A stretch of DNA of 64,000 bases from Amoebophrya sp. A120 (taxonomy: Eukaryota > Protista > Dinoflagellata), in NCBI GenBank assembly GCA_905178155.1, contig CAJINV010000004.1, positions 8,202,938 to 8,266,937 on the forward strand, in the 5' to 3' direction. Position 1 is the first letter of the stretch, and each line of letters begins with the position of its first letter. Under the pieces are notes generated by a model, which worked only from the letters and a program-made list of their open reading frames with translations, searched no databases and was not told the origin of the DNA. Shown in pieces: positions 46,401 to 59,452 of this stretch. The position numbers were made by a program, and so were the translations under genes.

Positions 46401-49400
46401 CCGATTCAGCTGTCTACATGTGACACAAGCATGACAAGTACTGCCCTCTTCCAGATCCAGACGCCTTTGCAATCCATATTTTCGGGCCGGGCTCCTGTAA
46501 CAGGGTGGGCGCAAGGTCGTTGGCGCGGTCGATCTCGATTCGACCCGGCATTGGTTGCACGAAGTCGCTCGTTGTAGTAGTCACCCCGTGTGCGAGACGC
46601 TGGTTGTCATGGTGGATGTTGGGCGCGTCCTGCATCGGCTCGTCGGGTTCTTTTGCCGATGATGGCGTTTCCGGAGGTTTTTCACCGACAGGAATTGGGT
46701 CTGGAGATGCCGGCACTGCTGCGCCGTCGAGCAGTGGGCGGCCGGTGTTGTCGTCCCCGTTGTCTGGGGGTGGGGGTTTCGGCTGCGAGACGTCGTTGGG
46801 TGCGTGCGGGATGCCGTTGTACATTGGGGTAGGACTGTTTCAAACTGAAAAAAAACCCTCTCCATACTGCAGCCCAGCACCATATCCATACAAATTTTAT
46901 TTTGTAAAAAACTTTGGTGTGCTGTTTTACTGGGTCGGGACCTGGAGGCAGGTCCTCAGTCTAGGTAGGAGTGTGGAAGTGGAGGTCTTTGCGCATGACA
47001 GATAACTGTCCGTCTCACAGAATCTGCAGAAATCACCTGGTGCCCTGAGAAGCAAAGGCTTGAGAGGCTGCCTTTTTGCAATACAGAGTTGATTTGCGGA
47101 CACAGCTATCCACCATGCCTATCCTGCATGAGCAACTCTCTTCTAACGTGGTCCAAAGATGACAAGTTTAATATCATTTGGGAATCATGCAGCACTAATA
47201 TCACCCCGGCTTTTATTTAGCATGACAAGAAGTTCGCACTGTTGCAGGCCCGGGCATTTCGGCAATGCATACTTTTCAGCATGAGGGAGAGCAGGGATTT
47301 TTCATTTGGATACTTCGCCTTCGTCGGTGTAGGCCAGATCGAAGGGCACTGGGGCGTTCATGTTCCTCCCCTCGAGGTTCCCTGTATCACGCGGTAACGG
47401 TTCATCACCAAGACGGGCTCGAAAGATCCACACGACAACACTGATGCAATATGCAATACAAATTTCCCGTACATGTACAAGATGCATGACAAACTTCACT
47501 AGAACTTGCAGTGTCCAGTTTGTCATGCTGAATAGGTTTGAAGGCTGCAAGTTCTGTCCTGATGAAACAGCGTTTGCACGTGTACGGGAAATTTGCTGTG
47601 GATAGGCAAAAATTCAAAAAAACCACAAACAGTTGTTTGGATGCAAGGAGTATCAAGTGCAAATATGTCTGGGTCTGGAATATTCAGGGAATTTGTGATG
47701 CAGATTTCAGATGACCCGCTATGTCGGTGATGCATTTTGTAGCATTACAGGCTTTGCGAAGGCTTGCTCCTGCGTATCCTGCATGAGAAATGCCTTCTCC
47801 GGGCAGCTAAAATCTGAGCACCTTTTGCTGTTCATGCAATTACACAGGTTTTTGTGTGGTCGAAAATTCGCATCACAAACTCCCCCAACATTCCAGACTC
47901 AGACATATTCGCACTACATAGAGAGCTTGTCCTCGTTAGATACGAGCTTTTTCTCTTCATGTCTTGGTGCTGCCCTTTTTATTCTCCATAGGCTATCCCA
48001 TAGAAAAGCAGACCCATACCGCATTCATGCGAAATCAAATTACCATGCACTTTTTGTCTGTTCAGAAACACAACTTTATTTCCTGCCACCACCTTCTATT
48101 CAAATTGCTTGTGCGCATTACAACTTCTGCGTGCCAGAAAATAAAGCATGTTGTGGTCTCCGCATTACAAAGCTGATTGTCGTAGCGCGTCTTTGGCGAG
48201 GCAAATTCAAATTTTTCTGATACGGGTATACTTTTCTGTAGGATACAGATCTGGAGGCGGAGCCAGTACTGCTTGAGCTTGTCAAACTCCTTATCCCACA
48301 GAAAAAGACAGGCTAGACATATTTGCACTTAATGCAGAAAACAAAAAAATCTGTCCGGGGTGAGGGCATAGAATATTGTTTAGGACACGCAAAAATACAG
48401 ATTTTTTCGTCGATTCCTTGTCGGATATGCAAATATACACTTCCTGTCCTTTTCTGTGCGATACTCCCCTGCTCGCAAGGCTTCCGGTAGCTCCGATAGG
48501 TATCCACCCGGAAAAGAGCGGTAGCAGATCACATTTGTGCCAAATTTGAAAAACAGACGAAAAGAAATAAAACTTCACGAAACAAAAAACACAGAATCTT
48601 GCGTGGCTGCGATGCAGCGCTACGACCCAACTCTGGAAAACGACCTACGCTCCAATGCTGTTGATGCCTGCGTTTTGAACTGCGAGACGATCATGTGCGA
48701 CCGCTCTTACTCCGGATATCATACGTTTCTCGAAAAACTGCAGGCGGTCCGCGGTCATCTTCATCGTCCGCTTGTACGTCCGCTCGTAATCATGTTCCTC
48801 GTCATCTTTGTCCGGCACGAAAATGCCCTCTCGCCGTTGCGCGTACAGCCTTTGGTTCTCCGCGGACATGTTTTCTGTTGGGGAATTATCAATTGCCAAC
48901 ATGTCTGGATCTGCAAAATAAAAGCAGGTGTTGGTCATGCACATTTTGCATAAAACGTTAAAGCACGCTGTTTGTCGTGATCTATGCCCTGGTGACGGAG
49001 CAGCTTGCCCAACTGCTTCTTGATGTTGACGCAGCCCATGTCCTCGCATGACAATATACAGGTTTCGATAGGTTCCAAAAGCATGCCATAACAGGGCGTA
49101 ATCCTCCAGACCCAGAGCGGTATTTGCAATGCATAGGGGTGGAACGGCTCGAGCAGATCGAGAAGGAAGTGGTTCCCGTTTCGCCATAGCCCGTCGAACT
49201 TCTCCTGTGATTTTTTTTCGTCATTTTTTCCAAGGCCTGAAGGATCTACACACGAAGTGGAGAGGTTAATTGTCAGACGCATTCATACCGAAGTCGTAAG
49301 CGAACACCATCTAAAATAAAACCACTTCGATTCTTCAAATCTGCATTACAAATTCCTTCGTCGAAATCTGGAGTGCCAGTTAGTTTCTAATGCGTCGCGG

Positions 49401-52400
49401 CCTATTAACTAGACGCTTTACCTGTGGCTTTTCTTCGTGGTTTCGCAATATCGTGTCCAAGGCCTGCATGCTGGTCAGGCGGCCGAGGTAAAAGGGCATA
49501 ACGACCTTCTCCGGGTGATCTTCAAACTGCTGCTGGTGGTCAGGCGGCGAGTCCGGGTGCTCTTCAAACTTGTCTGTTGATTCGAAGACGGTTCTCAGCA
49601 TGTATTTATTCTCCATCGTGGATGGTCCGCTCCGGCGGATCTGGATAGTCTCCAAAGGTCGCTCTTCGATTTTTTTGGTCCAGATGTAGCATGTGGTATT
49701 GTAGTGTTGTGGTTTATTTTCCAACCCGTCGAGATCGTCGTGTACCTCGTGCTATGCATTGCAAATATATCTGGGTCTGGAAAAGTGCAACGTTTGTCAT
49801 GCGCATTTTGTTTGACCCATGATGTCTCCGATGTATGCCTGAACATCACAGATTTTTACATGGCTTCTTGAAGATGCTTATCCCGCATGAGAAATGCTCC
49901 TGCCGCGAAGCACAAACTGGACCCCTGTGTCTGGTCATGCAATACAGATTTCCTGAAAATCCAACTCGATGCTTTCTTCTCGACTGAGACATATCTGCAG
50001 GGGATAGGTGCGCGCGGAGAAGGAACACGGGGACCTTGGGTATAAGTTCTTGCAAAATGCCAGCTTTCTCGCCAAAAACTGTTTTCGGGGGAATCAAGCA
50101 CACCACGAGTTCAAGGTCCACTGGAAACACCCTGGTGCCGTCAGCCTGTTGTGTCGTGGGTTCTGTTCAACTTAATCATCGTACTTGGGGATGATTTATG
50201 CATCGCAAATATGCCTGCAAGGAGGTCCTCAGGAAGATGTAACGTTTGTCATGCAGCTTTCGCATTCTGGTAATATAATTCCTTACCTCTGAGTGGTCCA
50301 GAAGGTGGTCTGGAATGCGGTCTCTAGAAACACAAGTTTTGATAAGTTCCTCTAATGCAGCTACTTATTGCGCATGAGAAATTTTTCCCTGTGCTAATCA
50401 AGAATGGGAAACCATTTGGCTGCTTATGCGATACAGATTTTTGTGCTTATCTCGATCAAAGGACCTAGCATGACAAACTCGGATTCTTCCAGACCCAGAC
50501 CTATTTGCACTAGATGAGAGCATGCCAGATAATTATAATTCGTCGTCGGGAATAAAAAAAACAAATGGAAAAATCTATACCTCCTTCACGCCCCGCAAAT
50601 ATCTGTCCACATGGACCGTCCTCTTCGGGTAGCGATCGACGCAGCGAAGGTGCTTCACCGGTAGCCCTTCCGCTTCGCGTTTCCGTGCGACATCGTCGGA
50701 GATGCGGCTGCAACGGATTTTGTGCCGGGGGGCTTCCTATCCGCTGCAAATACGTCTGGGTCTGGAAACTCTTGATGCTGGTGGTTGAAGTAGAGTCACG
50801 CCGACGCCTCAATCGACCACGGCGCAGAACCACGACAACTTGTTACGTACTTTGCGTGCTTGCCGTCGATTCCTACATGCGCCGAAGTAAATGTCATGCA
50901 TTATACAGACTGCGTTAATATTTCTGCATGACAGTAACAAGGTAGTGCTATCCAAACCTTTGTGAACAATAGCGTGGATGTTGACAGTTGTGAGAGCCAC
51001 GTTAGCCCCCGAGCATGACAAACGTTGCGCACGCTTCCAGACCCAAACATATTTGCAATGGATATCGCGCTCGCAGCAGCAGGTTCACTTTGCGGCTCCT
51101 CTCGTTTTTCTTGTCCCGGAACTTTGGGGGGTCCAGCGGCTGATTCATTGGGGATCTCGAGGTCGGGTTTCTCTTCGGATTCTTCCAGTGATTCCACCAG
51201 CATCTCTATCCTGAGGAAAAACGTCCCCAGCCCAGAGTCAAGCTAGGGGTTTGCAACACAAACCTAGAAGTTTTAGGAGTCACGCATGACAAGTTGCAGG
51301 CCGTAGTGTAGTGCAGGTTAGCAAGCATAGCCGCATTACAAATCCATCTAATTTATTATTATCCGCTTTACAGCAGTACAAGTTCCAAAACACGACTACA
51401 AATCATGCCTAGCATGGGGATGCGCATCACAAGTGTGTCTGTCTGTGCAAGTCTGCATGACAACTCTGGGGATGGGACGTCTTTACACAGGATAGTTTCC
51501 TGGTCGTCCGGGTCAGGATGTCGTGGCTGGCCTCCACCGTCGGTTTGCGGCTCCACTTGCTATCAAATGCAAACATGTTGTCTGGGTCTGGAAAGTTGTC
51601 TCATGCTAATACGTGAATGACAAAACGATTAGAGTAGGTAGCTGAGCATGACAGATTATCGAACGGTCCTTTGATGTATTAAACGCATGAGAAAATCTAT
51701 TTCGCATGACACAGAACCAGCACTATTCCGTGACACGTAAATACAGAGTTTGTTGAAGATATGGAGGTTCAGCATTACATACAAATCTTGCTTCCTTCCA
51801 GACCCAGACATATTTGCAATGGATACTATCGCTTGGGGCTCGGGAACGTTAGGCACGGGTATCAGGAAGAAAAAACCACCCCTATCCCTAATAAAAAAGG
51901 CAATATTTCATTCCGCGTTTTGTCGGCAAATATCAGCCCGAAGGCCAAGGTCGGCGGGACACTTTGTGGGACACTGGACATGCCATCCTGGGCATCGCAG
52001 TCTTGTATCTTCAGTCTTCCTGAAGCACCAGCAAAGTGTCTCGCTTCTATGCACCGTTGTTTTTTGTTTTCTGGCAGCTACATGACAGAGTGACTCCCGT
52101 TGACAAAGCGCGCATCGCAAAGCTGTGTTTGAATATGGATAGGGGCGAGTTTTGATTTTGATAAAAACCGCTTGTGGTGCTATTTCATCAGATTCCTCGA
52201 GTCGCTCCTGCAAGATCTCTGGACGAGCGTCATGATGGCGCGCCTGTTTCTGCTCTTGATTTCCTGCACTAGCATCAGGACCCACTACTGCGATACTTGG
52301 CTTCTGCAGAACCAGCGCGAACTTGTTCTTCTCTGGTTTGCGCAGGGTCGGGTTGATCACGGGCGGCAGCAGTTGGATCTCTGTCTTGCGCAGGACGGGC

Positions 52401-53706
52401 GGCTTCAGCAGACACCATGGATTATCCCACAGGAAAAAGGTGGCAGGTCAGCTTTGCAATGCAAAAATAAATACACAAAAATATCTCTATTGCATATCCG
52501 AAGCAGCATGCTATGGGGCCGCCCATGACCAGTTTTTCTGTGTATTTATTTTTGCATTACAAATACGACCTGCCAACTTTTTTCTCTGGGATATGGAGAG
52601 GACTTGGTCTTTATGGAACAGAAAGAAGCCCCTCTACAAGAACATACTCGACGTGGAATTCTTCGTTAGCACCATGTCGTGCGCCAGAGGAAAGACTTCA
52701 CTGCTTAGTACATTCACTCAGCTACGACACTTCTGAACGACCCGATACTGAGCCGTGTCTAATATAATTTATGCAGTCCTCCTCGTACAGTCGCTGCCTA
52801 CAGTACAAGTCATGTAACTTCTTGTATTATCGCTGACAAGTCTACTTTCTTCGAGTATGCTACTACAGGAGGAGACTTTTTTCTCCGCATACTGGTGTCG
52901 CTATTCTCGTAGAGATTGGGGTAGAAGCCGCTCTGTTTACAAGAAGATGAAGGAGATCAGTTTTATTTTGGGAATGGTTTCCTCGATGACAAAGCAAATA
53001 AGAGGAAGAGAAACACATAGTGCTGGTCGAATAAGTATAAAAAACACCTTGTGCAGATTGAAGAGCTTTCAAAAATAATTCGCACGAAACAGTCAGAATG
53101 AATACCAGGGGTATTGCTGGGAGTGCCGACCCATATCCGACGTCTGGGTAAAACGCGTCCACTATCGAAGGGAAAAATCCCCCTTCCCCATATTGAAAAG
53201 GTATGTCTCCGAAAATTTGCGTTGCTGATTTGAGGTCACAAACCACATCTGCCTTACAAGAAGGCAGCTCTATAGTCTCCGCCGCATTATGCGGACGGTT
53301 TGTCATGCTGCGTGGGCTACAAACGTAGACATTTGTGCTGCTAAGCGTCCACGTCAGAAGCCCTGTATTCATACACGGCATGTGCCTCCAATCCTCTACC
53401 GCAAGACAATACGGAAATCCTGCATCAAAAACTTCGTTTTGATATGGGGAGCGGTGATTTTTCCTTACGGTATCCATTCTGGGCGAAGCTCCGTCGATGG
53501 AAGGTCACTGGAGACGTAGACTCTCACTTTTGCGGTCCGTCAAAAGCACGCACTTTGGCGCGCACCAGACGGCCTTCGTCGGAGTGTGTAGAAGTTCGGT
53601 GTCCGCACTAAGTTCGGTGTAGAAGTTAAAGTTCGGTGTAGTAGTTGTAGTTCGGTGTAGTAGTTGTAGTCCTAACCCGCACTTTGGCGCGCAGAATCAT
53701 TTTCAT
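43418..53706 (-). CDS. Large multi-exon hypothetical protein (may be more than one gene)
   Basis: Frame is restored across most elements, from MKMILRAKVR(V)YVSSDLPSTELRPEWTRF through KILPYDVFEIADATGESTLLQVRNDEDPELFLKLEG to IINEWVRKLSAWRQHIEKQEQMENVWAFEGIVSR*. No domain recognised; some junctions unresolved. Confidence 0.55.
44344..44506. mobile_element. IR introner family B (short)
   Basis: CAT..ATA on + (TAT..ATG in gene sense); TSD TCCGG/TCCAG. Confidence 0.85.
44579..44845. mobile_element. IR introner family F (GAAAAATCCCCCTCCCCATAT arms)
   Basis: TIR; perfect TSD ACCGT. Confidence 0.9.
45053..45317. mobile_element. IR introner family A
   Basis: TIR; TSD TCATC/CCATC. Confidence 0.9.
45453..45745. 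mobile_element. IR introner family B (diverged)
   Basis: TAT..ATA; TSD GAGCT/AAGCT. Confidence 0.8.
45794..46114. mobile_element. IR introner family F
   Basis: TIR; perfect TSD AGTTC. Confidence 0.9.
46205..46478. mobile_element. IR introner family A
   Basis: TIR; TSD GTTTC/TTTTC. Confidence 0.85.
47651..47920. mobile_element. IR introner family A
   Basis: TIR; flanks AGGAG/GAGAG. Confidence 0.85.
47994..48245. mobile_element. E-like IR intron (degenerate)
   Basis: TATCCCATAGAAAAG..CTTTTCTGTAGGATA; +5 removal does not clearly restore frame. Confidence 0.6.
48292..48463. mobile_element. IR introner family E
   Basis: TIR; TSD CTCCT/CTCCC. Confidence 0.85.
48887..49135. mobile_element. IR introner family A
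   Basis: TIR; flanks GGAAT/GGGGT. Confidence 0.8.
49753..50006. mobile_element. IR introner family A
   Basis: TIR; TSD CGTGC/GGTGC. Confidence 0.85.
50197..50516. mobile_element. Family A element nested in a GT-AG intron
   Basis: Degenerate TIR inside minus-strand intron ~50146-50581. Confidence 0.7.
50738..51064. mobile_element. IR introner family A
   Basis: TIR; TSD lost (CTTCC/TCGCG); +5 removal gives an open frame. Confidence 0.8.
51207..51494. mobile_element. IR introner family B
   Basis: TIR; flanks ATCTC/GTTTC. Confidence 0.85.
51561..51825. mobile_element. IR introner family A
   Basis: TIR; flanks CTTGC/CTATC. Confidence 0.85.
51860..52163. mobile_element. F-like IR intron (degenerate)
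   Basis: TAT..ATA; CCCCTATCC/GGATAGGGG arms; frame restored. Confidence 0.7.
52423..52593. mobile_element. IR introner family E
   Basis: TIR; TSD TGGAT/TGGAG. Confidence 0.9.
53163..53472. mobile_element. IR introner family F
   Basis: TAT..GTA on +; TSD TCCAC/TCCAT. Confidence 0.85.
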
Positions 53707-54157
53707 TATTACTTATTGCGAAAACAGCCCGAGGCAAATGCAGATCAAAATTACTGAAGATTCTTTTTTCATTATCATCTCGTCCTCTCTAATTTGTAGT
53801 TGGGAAATAATGAAATCTTTCGAAAAAAACGAACGGAAGGAATTCAGTGTTGCCCAGTACTGCACATGCCACGGCAGCACAAAACCAGAGAACGTGGCCA
53901 AAGCCGTCGCGATTCGCGGATGGGTGGAATTTTGTAGCAGCAAGTAAATAGCGCCGGCTGAGTTGTACAAAATATCTGATCGCGCTCTTTCGGATCTGCT
54001 CGCCAGGTAGGTAACCTAGTCTTAAAAAGAAAAAACCTATTTTGCAGCTTGAAAAAAGCCGTTCTGTCGCAGCACGGATGGTTCTGAAGATCGTGTTCTG
54101 TAGTGCTCGATAATGATCTGAAGAAAAAAACTAGAGTTGCAACAACTTACTGGGTAA

Positions 54158-54161
54158 CATC

Positions 54162-54193
<32 letters not shown>

Positions 54194-54198
54194 CATCA
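54158..54198. repeat. (CAT)n microsatellite
   Basis: About 13 CAT units with one CAC. Confidence 0.9.
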
Positions 54199-54800
54199 CT
54201 TCGGAATTGCGTAGTTCAACGTCAAGTAAGGTATCGCAAACGTGCATGGTGAACACAATTGTTTTGCGTTGGTTCTTTCTCACAATCACAGCACGCGTGT
54301 CTTCGCGCTGCAGCCTGCTCGGCGGGTTCTTGAAGATGGTTTCTTTTCACTTTAAAAGACCAGTGCATCTACTTCACTGTTGACGTGGTGTCTCGTAATC
54401 AATCTTAATCCTCCGTTCTTGCTATTTCTTCAGCCACATAAAGAAAAGCAAGCCTTTCAAAAAATCTTCTCAGTGCTGAGCAAATTGCTTTCCCAGATAT
54501 TAGAATCCTATACAAGAAAAGCATGTTGTACACCCATTCCAGAAAGAAATCAAATCTGTAATGCTGTTTTCCCGTCATCAGATGAACCTTTCTAATGCTG
54601 AGATACAGGAGAAGCACTTTTCTGTCATTCTAGCCGGAGAATGTCATGCGGACGAGGACAACAAAAGATACTAGAAGTAACCCTTCTCGTGCCGGACACC
54701 CAAGAATGGCACTGAAAACGGCATGGCAAAAGTTTCTGAGTCCGGCAATACGGGTGTGCTTGTTTTCTGTTAGATACCCGAGTTTGCTGAAGGTGGGTAT

Positions 54801-57217
54801 TCACTCGGGTGCTATGCATTGCAAATCTGGTTGGGTCTAGAAACTTGTGATGCTGAGTTGTGGTTAGGGGAGGCATTCTCGAATGCACATATGCATGACA
54901 AATGTATGTTTTTCTGCTCCATGTTTCCCATATGCGCTAGGTATGACAACTTGCGTTTTATCTCCCTACCGTGTTTTGGCATGCCTAAGAGGGCAGCAGC
55001 CCATTTGTTGCCACCGCAATACAGAAGATTTGTCAGAAAACAAAACGCAAGTCAACTATTACCAGTTTCGAATGTTCCATTCCCACACACATTTGCATTT
55101 GATAACCACGGCTGGTCCGCTGGGTGTCATCTCCTCCTTGAACGCTTGCATGAGTCCCCTCGTTATCTGCGCCGCCCCTTTTGCTATCTTCAAACCCTCG
55201 ACTACATGTTCCCTTGCTGCCTCAATTCCCTCGAGGACAGGACGACCGGTTTCTCGCCCGAGTTTCCACACATCGTAGATCTGCCGTTCGAGTTCGTTCC
55301 CGCCAGACGACTATGCACTGCAAACTGGGAGGGCATTGGAAGATTTGTAGGTCATGCTACTTTTGATCTGTCACAACTTCTGTGAAGCTCTGTGAGAAAA
55401 ATGCACAGTTTTTGATGCGGAATATGCAACTCCTAATATCTCATAGCACTGTAAAAATTTGTCGTATAATTTGGCTGCGCATCGCAACACGCCCTCATTA
55501 CCCGATATGCCTTTACAAATTTCTACACCTAGACCACAGATGTGCACCCGATAGCGACACGTTCCCCGTTCGCCCTTCTCTCCAGTCGGGGATTATGTGA
55601 TCGTTTATCCACGAAAAAAAGATTGTAGGTGTAACTTTTATTTGGGAGGATCAGCATTACAAATCTGTCTGGCATGACAGTAAAAACTTCTCATGCGTAG
55701 TTAGTACATGGATATGGAAACGCGCATGGGTGGACCTTACAATCCATGACCAGCATGAGAAGTTCTTGACAGACGCACTCACTGTGCATGGTGCGCATCA
55801 CAAAGTTACACTAACAATGCTTTTTTCATCTGCGATACCGAGGAGCCACACAACATAGTCGACACAGTTCTGGTATGACATGAAAAACCCCCGTTCTACT
55901 TTATTCAAGAGTTGGTTCCTTTCGGTTGAGATGCAAATGGATTTGTGTTGCAAGAATGGAATAGCCGTACACTTTCTGGCAATTTGTTGGCTTTCATACT
56001 TAACATGGCAACATGTAACTTAACATGTCAACGAGTAGGCTCCCTGCCTTTGCGTATGCCTATTGTCGTCTCGCATGACAGGATTTGCATACAGAAATCC
56101 AGCAGCAAAAATTCCCTTTGCAGAAGGGGGTATTTTTCATTTCGATATCTGTCTGGTTGGGTTGTAGTACTCATCAGTCCACGTTGGCTTGCCCGGCTCT
56201 GTCTGCCTTGCCGTGGTGATTGCCGCTTTCCTGACTTCACCGCCGTATGCGAAAGAAAAAGGCAAGCTCAGCATCGATGGCAATTGCACAAAAAAATCTG
56301 ATCCATGATCTTTGGTGAGGGCAGCGCATCATGCTGTTTGGGATTTTAGTTTTGCACTTATGGCATTAGATATGATGTGCTCGTAGGCCTTTTCTCTGGA
56401 GAGATACGAACGAGAATTTGGTATGCCCAGCCGGGATGCTGTACTTATACAAGTACTGGTATGGGACGTTGCGCGGCCAAGGGCGGCAGATCAGGGACCC
56501 ACATGCCCCCCCGGCGCCACTTTGGTGGAACACGAACTGTGCGCCGTAGACCTCGAGGTCGGCGTGATAACCCCCGCCGAAAGAAAAATCTTTCCCGGTG
56601 AGTCCCTTCACGCTATTACTCACCCCCTCTACCACCTTGTTCAAACCTTTGAGGTTTTTGATGTCATAGACGTTGACGTAGACCATGCACGGATCCTCTT
56701 GGAACTCCTGGTTGGCCGGTTCGGGGCTGGAAAGGGTACCCAAATGTCGTCTCGCCGGCTGCAAATCGTATTCCCACCACTTTAGCTCGAAGTCGATGTC
56801 CGCCGCCGTAGCCCGGATTCGCACTCGTTCCGGTGTAGTGTCGAAGTGTAGTTCTGGGCTGACGTGCTCCAGACGACGGTCGCCGCGTTTGAGGACGTGT
56901 AGAAACACCGGTTCGTCGTCGTTTTCCATGTGGTACGAGCCATAGTCTACGTCGTTCTCCCCCTTAATATCCAAACCCGGTGGGCAGAAGAATTTCTTCC
57001 TCAGCGACAAATATTTGACGTCGATCCCGCTTTGGTCCTGCAGCGTCTGCTTCAGCTCGCGCGCCGTTGCCTCATAAGGAACGTCCAGTTCCAGTTGACC
57101 GAAGTAAATCCAGCGGTCCACGTGGCGTGCAATCTTTCCGGTTTTCAGCGAAAGCAAAAACTTGATGGATTCCACATTCTTATCGCTAGCGTCCGGCATT
57201 TCTCCCTGATTGTCCAT
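54801..57217 (-). CDS. PPPDE/DeSI-family deSUMOylating/deubiquitinating peptidase with N-terminal ubiquitin-like region
   Basis: VYVNVYD, GGGYHADLEVYG (catalytic His) and spliced YYNPTRQNCVDYVVWLLGHIIPDW (catalytic Cys). Stop position approximate. Confidence 0.75.
54813..55104. mobile_element. IR introner family A (diverged)
   Basis: TIR; TSD lost. Confidence 0.75.
55312..55553. mobile_element. IR introner family A (diverged)
   Basis: TAT..ATA; TSD ACGAC/GCGAC. Confidence 0.75.
55606..55837. mobile_element. IR intron, singleton
   Basis: GTGTAACTTT/AAAGTTACAC arms; +5 removal gives WLLGHIIPDW. Confidence 0.7.
55874..56147. mobile_element. IR intron, singleton
   Basis: ATGAAAAA..TTTTTCAT arms; TSD TCTGG/TCTGT. 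Confidence 0.8.
56246..56406. mobile_element. IR intron, singleton
   Basis: AGAAAAAGGC/GCCTTTTTCT arms; +5 removal gives FSFGEVR. Confidence 0.7.
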
Positions 57218-59452
57218 TTTAACCCGCGGCGAAGCAGGAGAGCAAAGGCGACAACAGAAGGAGATAGTAACCCAATCTCGTCCGCCCAAGCACTTCTGCA
57301 CGAGAGCAGACGTTTAAAAGTATTTACACACGCATTTTGATGTTCTACTCAAGGGGTTTTTTGTATTGCGGTTCTTCGCTAGCTCGAGAAGACGAGTGAC
57401 CGAAAGTGGGCGGATGCCTTTACCTTCTGAAAGTGAGTAGAGAGGGTGCTGTGATAGTACAACGTCAAAAACAAACTTAAGTATTTTTGCATCTTCCCAG
57501 TTCTTCTTCTTGCGCATAGTCTCGGTGCGGCAAAGAGATGAAACAAAACAAAAAAATCCTACACCAATCCGAGAAGACACGCACATGGGAAGATCACACC
57601 GAGCGACCGACGACATTTGGGTAAGGCAACACTCCTCAAAACTGCTCCGCTGAGAACATTTGATGGCGCACTGTCGTGATCGCGTTCCAAGCCGTTTTTT
57701 CTTCGGGATACTTTTTTAAAAACTAATAATTTTCTCTTTTCGGGTATGGGTACGTGTAAATTTGTTTTTGGTGTTTTTGATCTTTTTTTGTTTTTGAAAA
57801 AAATTATAGCAGAATTTGGTTACGTAGAAGTTTATTCGACAAGCAGCAAAATGGGTTGTAGTCATCTGTTTTTTGATCTTTTTTTTACGACGCACTAAGA
57901 GACGCCTTTGATTGAATGAAAGCGACGCGCAAGACAAGCGTCTTGGAAAGTGTCTTTTGCTGCTATCAGGAGTGACAGAAGCACTTCGTGTACTAGAAAT
58001 ACCGCGGTAGAAAAAGAAACATTGTTGTAGAAGACCAGTGAAGATAATTCACATTCTCATTGTGTTTTCAGATAATATTCATGAAAAAGTCGAAAACTGT
58101 AATAAAAACGAAATGTTGCCACGCTCGCGTGAAACGTAAAGCCGAAAATCATCTGCTGGTCAGCTCATATTTTCCAAAAACTGTTGCTTTGGTTCAGTAG
58201 ACGACGTATTTGAAACTTGTTTACAATTTTCTCTGTCACTCGCATCAAAGTGTTGGAGCAGTATAAGAGATGCTCGGTCGTGCAAAAAAATATCTGTTCT
58301 ACATACCCTTCGTTATTAGATTAGAGCTCCTGTGATGGAAAAAAGCTGGTCATTGTTGTAAGTGCCCGTACGTTTACAATTTTGTTTTGTTGCGTTGGTT
58401 TGCTGCTATGTAGTGCAGCATCTTTTAGTTGTTTCACCGATGCAAAAAGCCTCGTAGCTAAATGTATGCTCGGAAACTTCTAGTAGGAGATGAAGAGAGA
58501 GGGCTTCCCTTTGATGACGTAGTTTCTGCTCTCTACTTCGTCCAGTGTAAGATTCTTGTAAAGATGTACGCGTATAACGCTTCACTTCTGCTGCAAAAGG
58601 TTTCTTCGTCGCTCGACTTAGGTAGCTATTGTATTTGCCGAGAGTAATAAAAAACTAGGTATAATTGAAGGTTCGTGTCACCAAAGTAACTACGGAGAGA
58701 AAAAAGTTTGTCGATGTCACGACTCATATAGTGTAGGTTTTGCATGAGAAGTTTTTCTAGCATCGAAACCCTTTTTTGTGTTGCCGAAAAAAACCAGTAA
58801 GTACGAAATTTGGCTGTGATACAGTTTGGTTCGCGACAGCTGATTTCTGTATTGCAAGATCCCCGAGGAGTGATCCTGACGAAGAATTTTCCGTTTGATA
58901 AAAAGGAGACGTATAGCCGAACATGTCGGTCACGTTCAGTAGCCGAACAATTTGTTTTGGAAACAATGTAATGAGAAACAAGAAAAAGAAAATGTAGTAG
59001 ATGCAACCACTCAAGTTTTGATTTAGGTATAGCAAAAGAGATCCATGTACTCAGTGGTAGTTTTTTGTTTGCTCCTACGTAGCGTCAAGTTGTGCTAGCG
59101 GTTGTACTGTAGTGGTCTTCTCTTCCTCTCCCCCTCCGGCATCACCAGGATCGCCCGTTGGGTGTAGTAGTAGCTGCTTCTGCTCGTTCTCTCCTTCTGG
59201 ACAGATTCCGAATCATCAGGAACCGAGAAGTGCGGGGAGTTGATGGTAGGGAGAATTTTTCCTGAGGTGGTCCCGCAATCTTTTCTATTCTACAAGCGGT
59301 AACAAGTCGAGGTACGGAGATCCGCTGACTCCGGAGACAAGAAGATGCCAGGAGTTGTCCGCGGCAGAACGTCTGCTACTTATTCGCAGGAGATGAAGTG
59401 ACGACACTGAGGACAGGAAGATTTTGAAGAGGAAAATAGAATCCGCTGCTAC

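Noticed and set aside
43418-53706. Possible SNF2-type helicase
   Set aside because: No Walker A or DExH motifs in the reconstructed exons.
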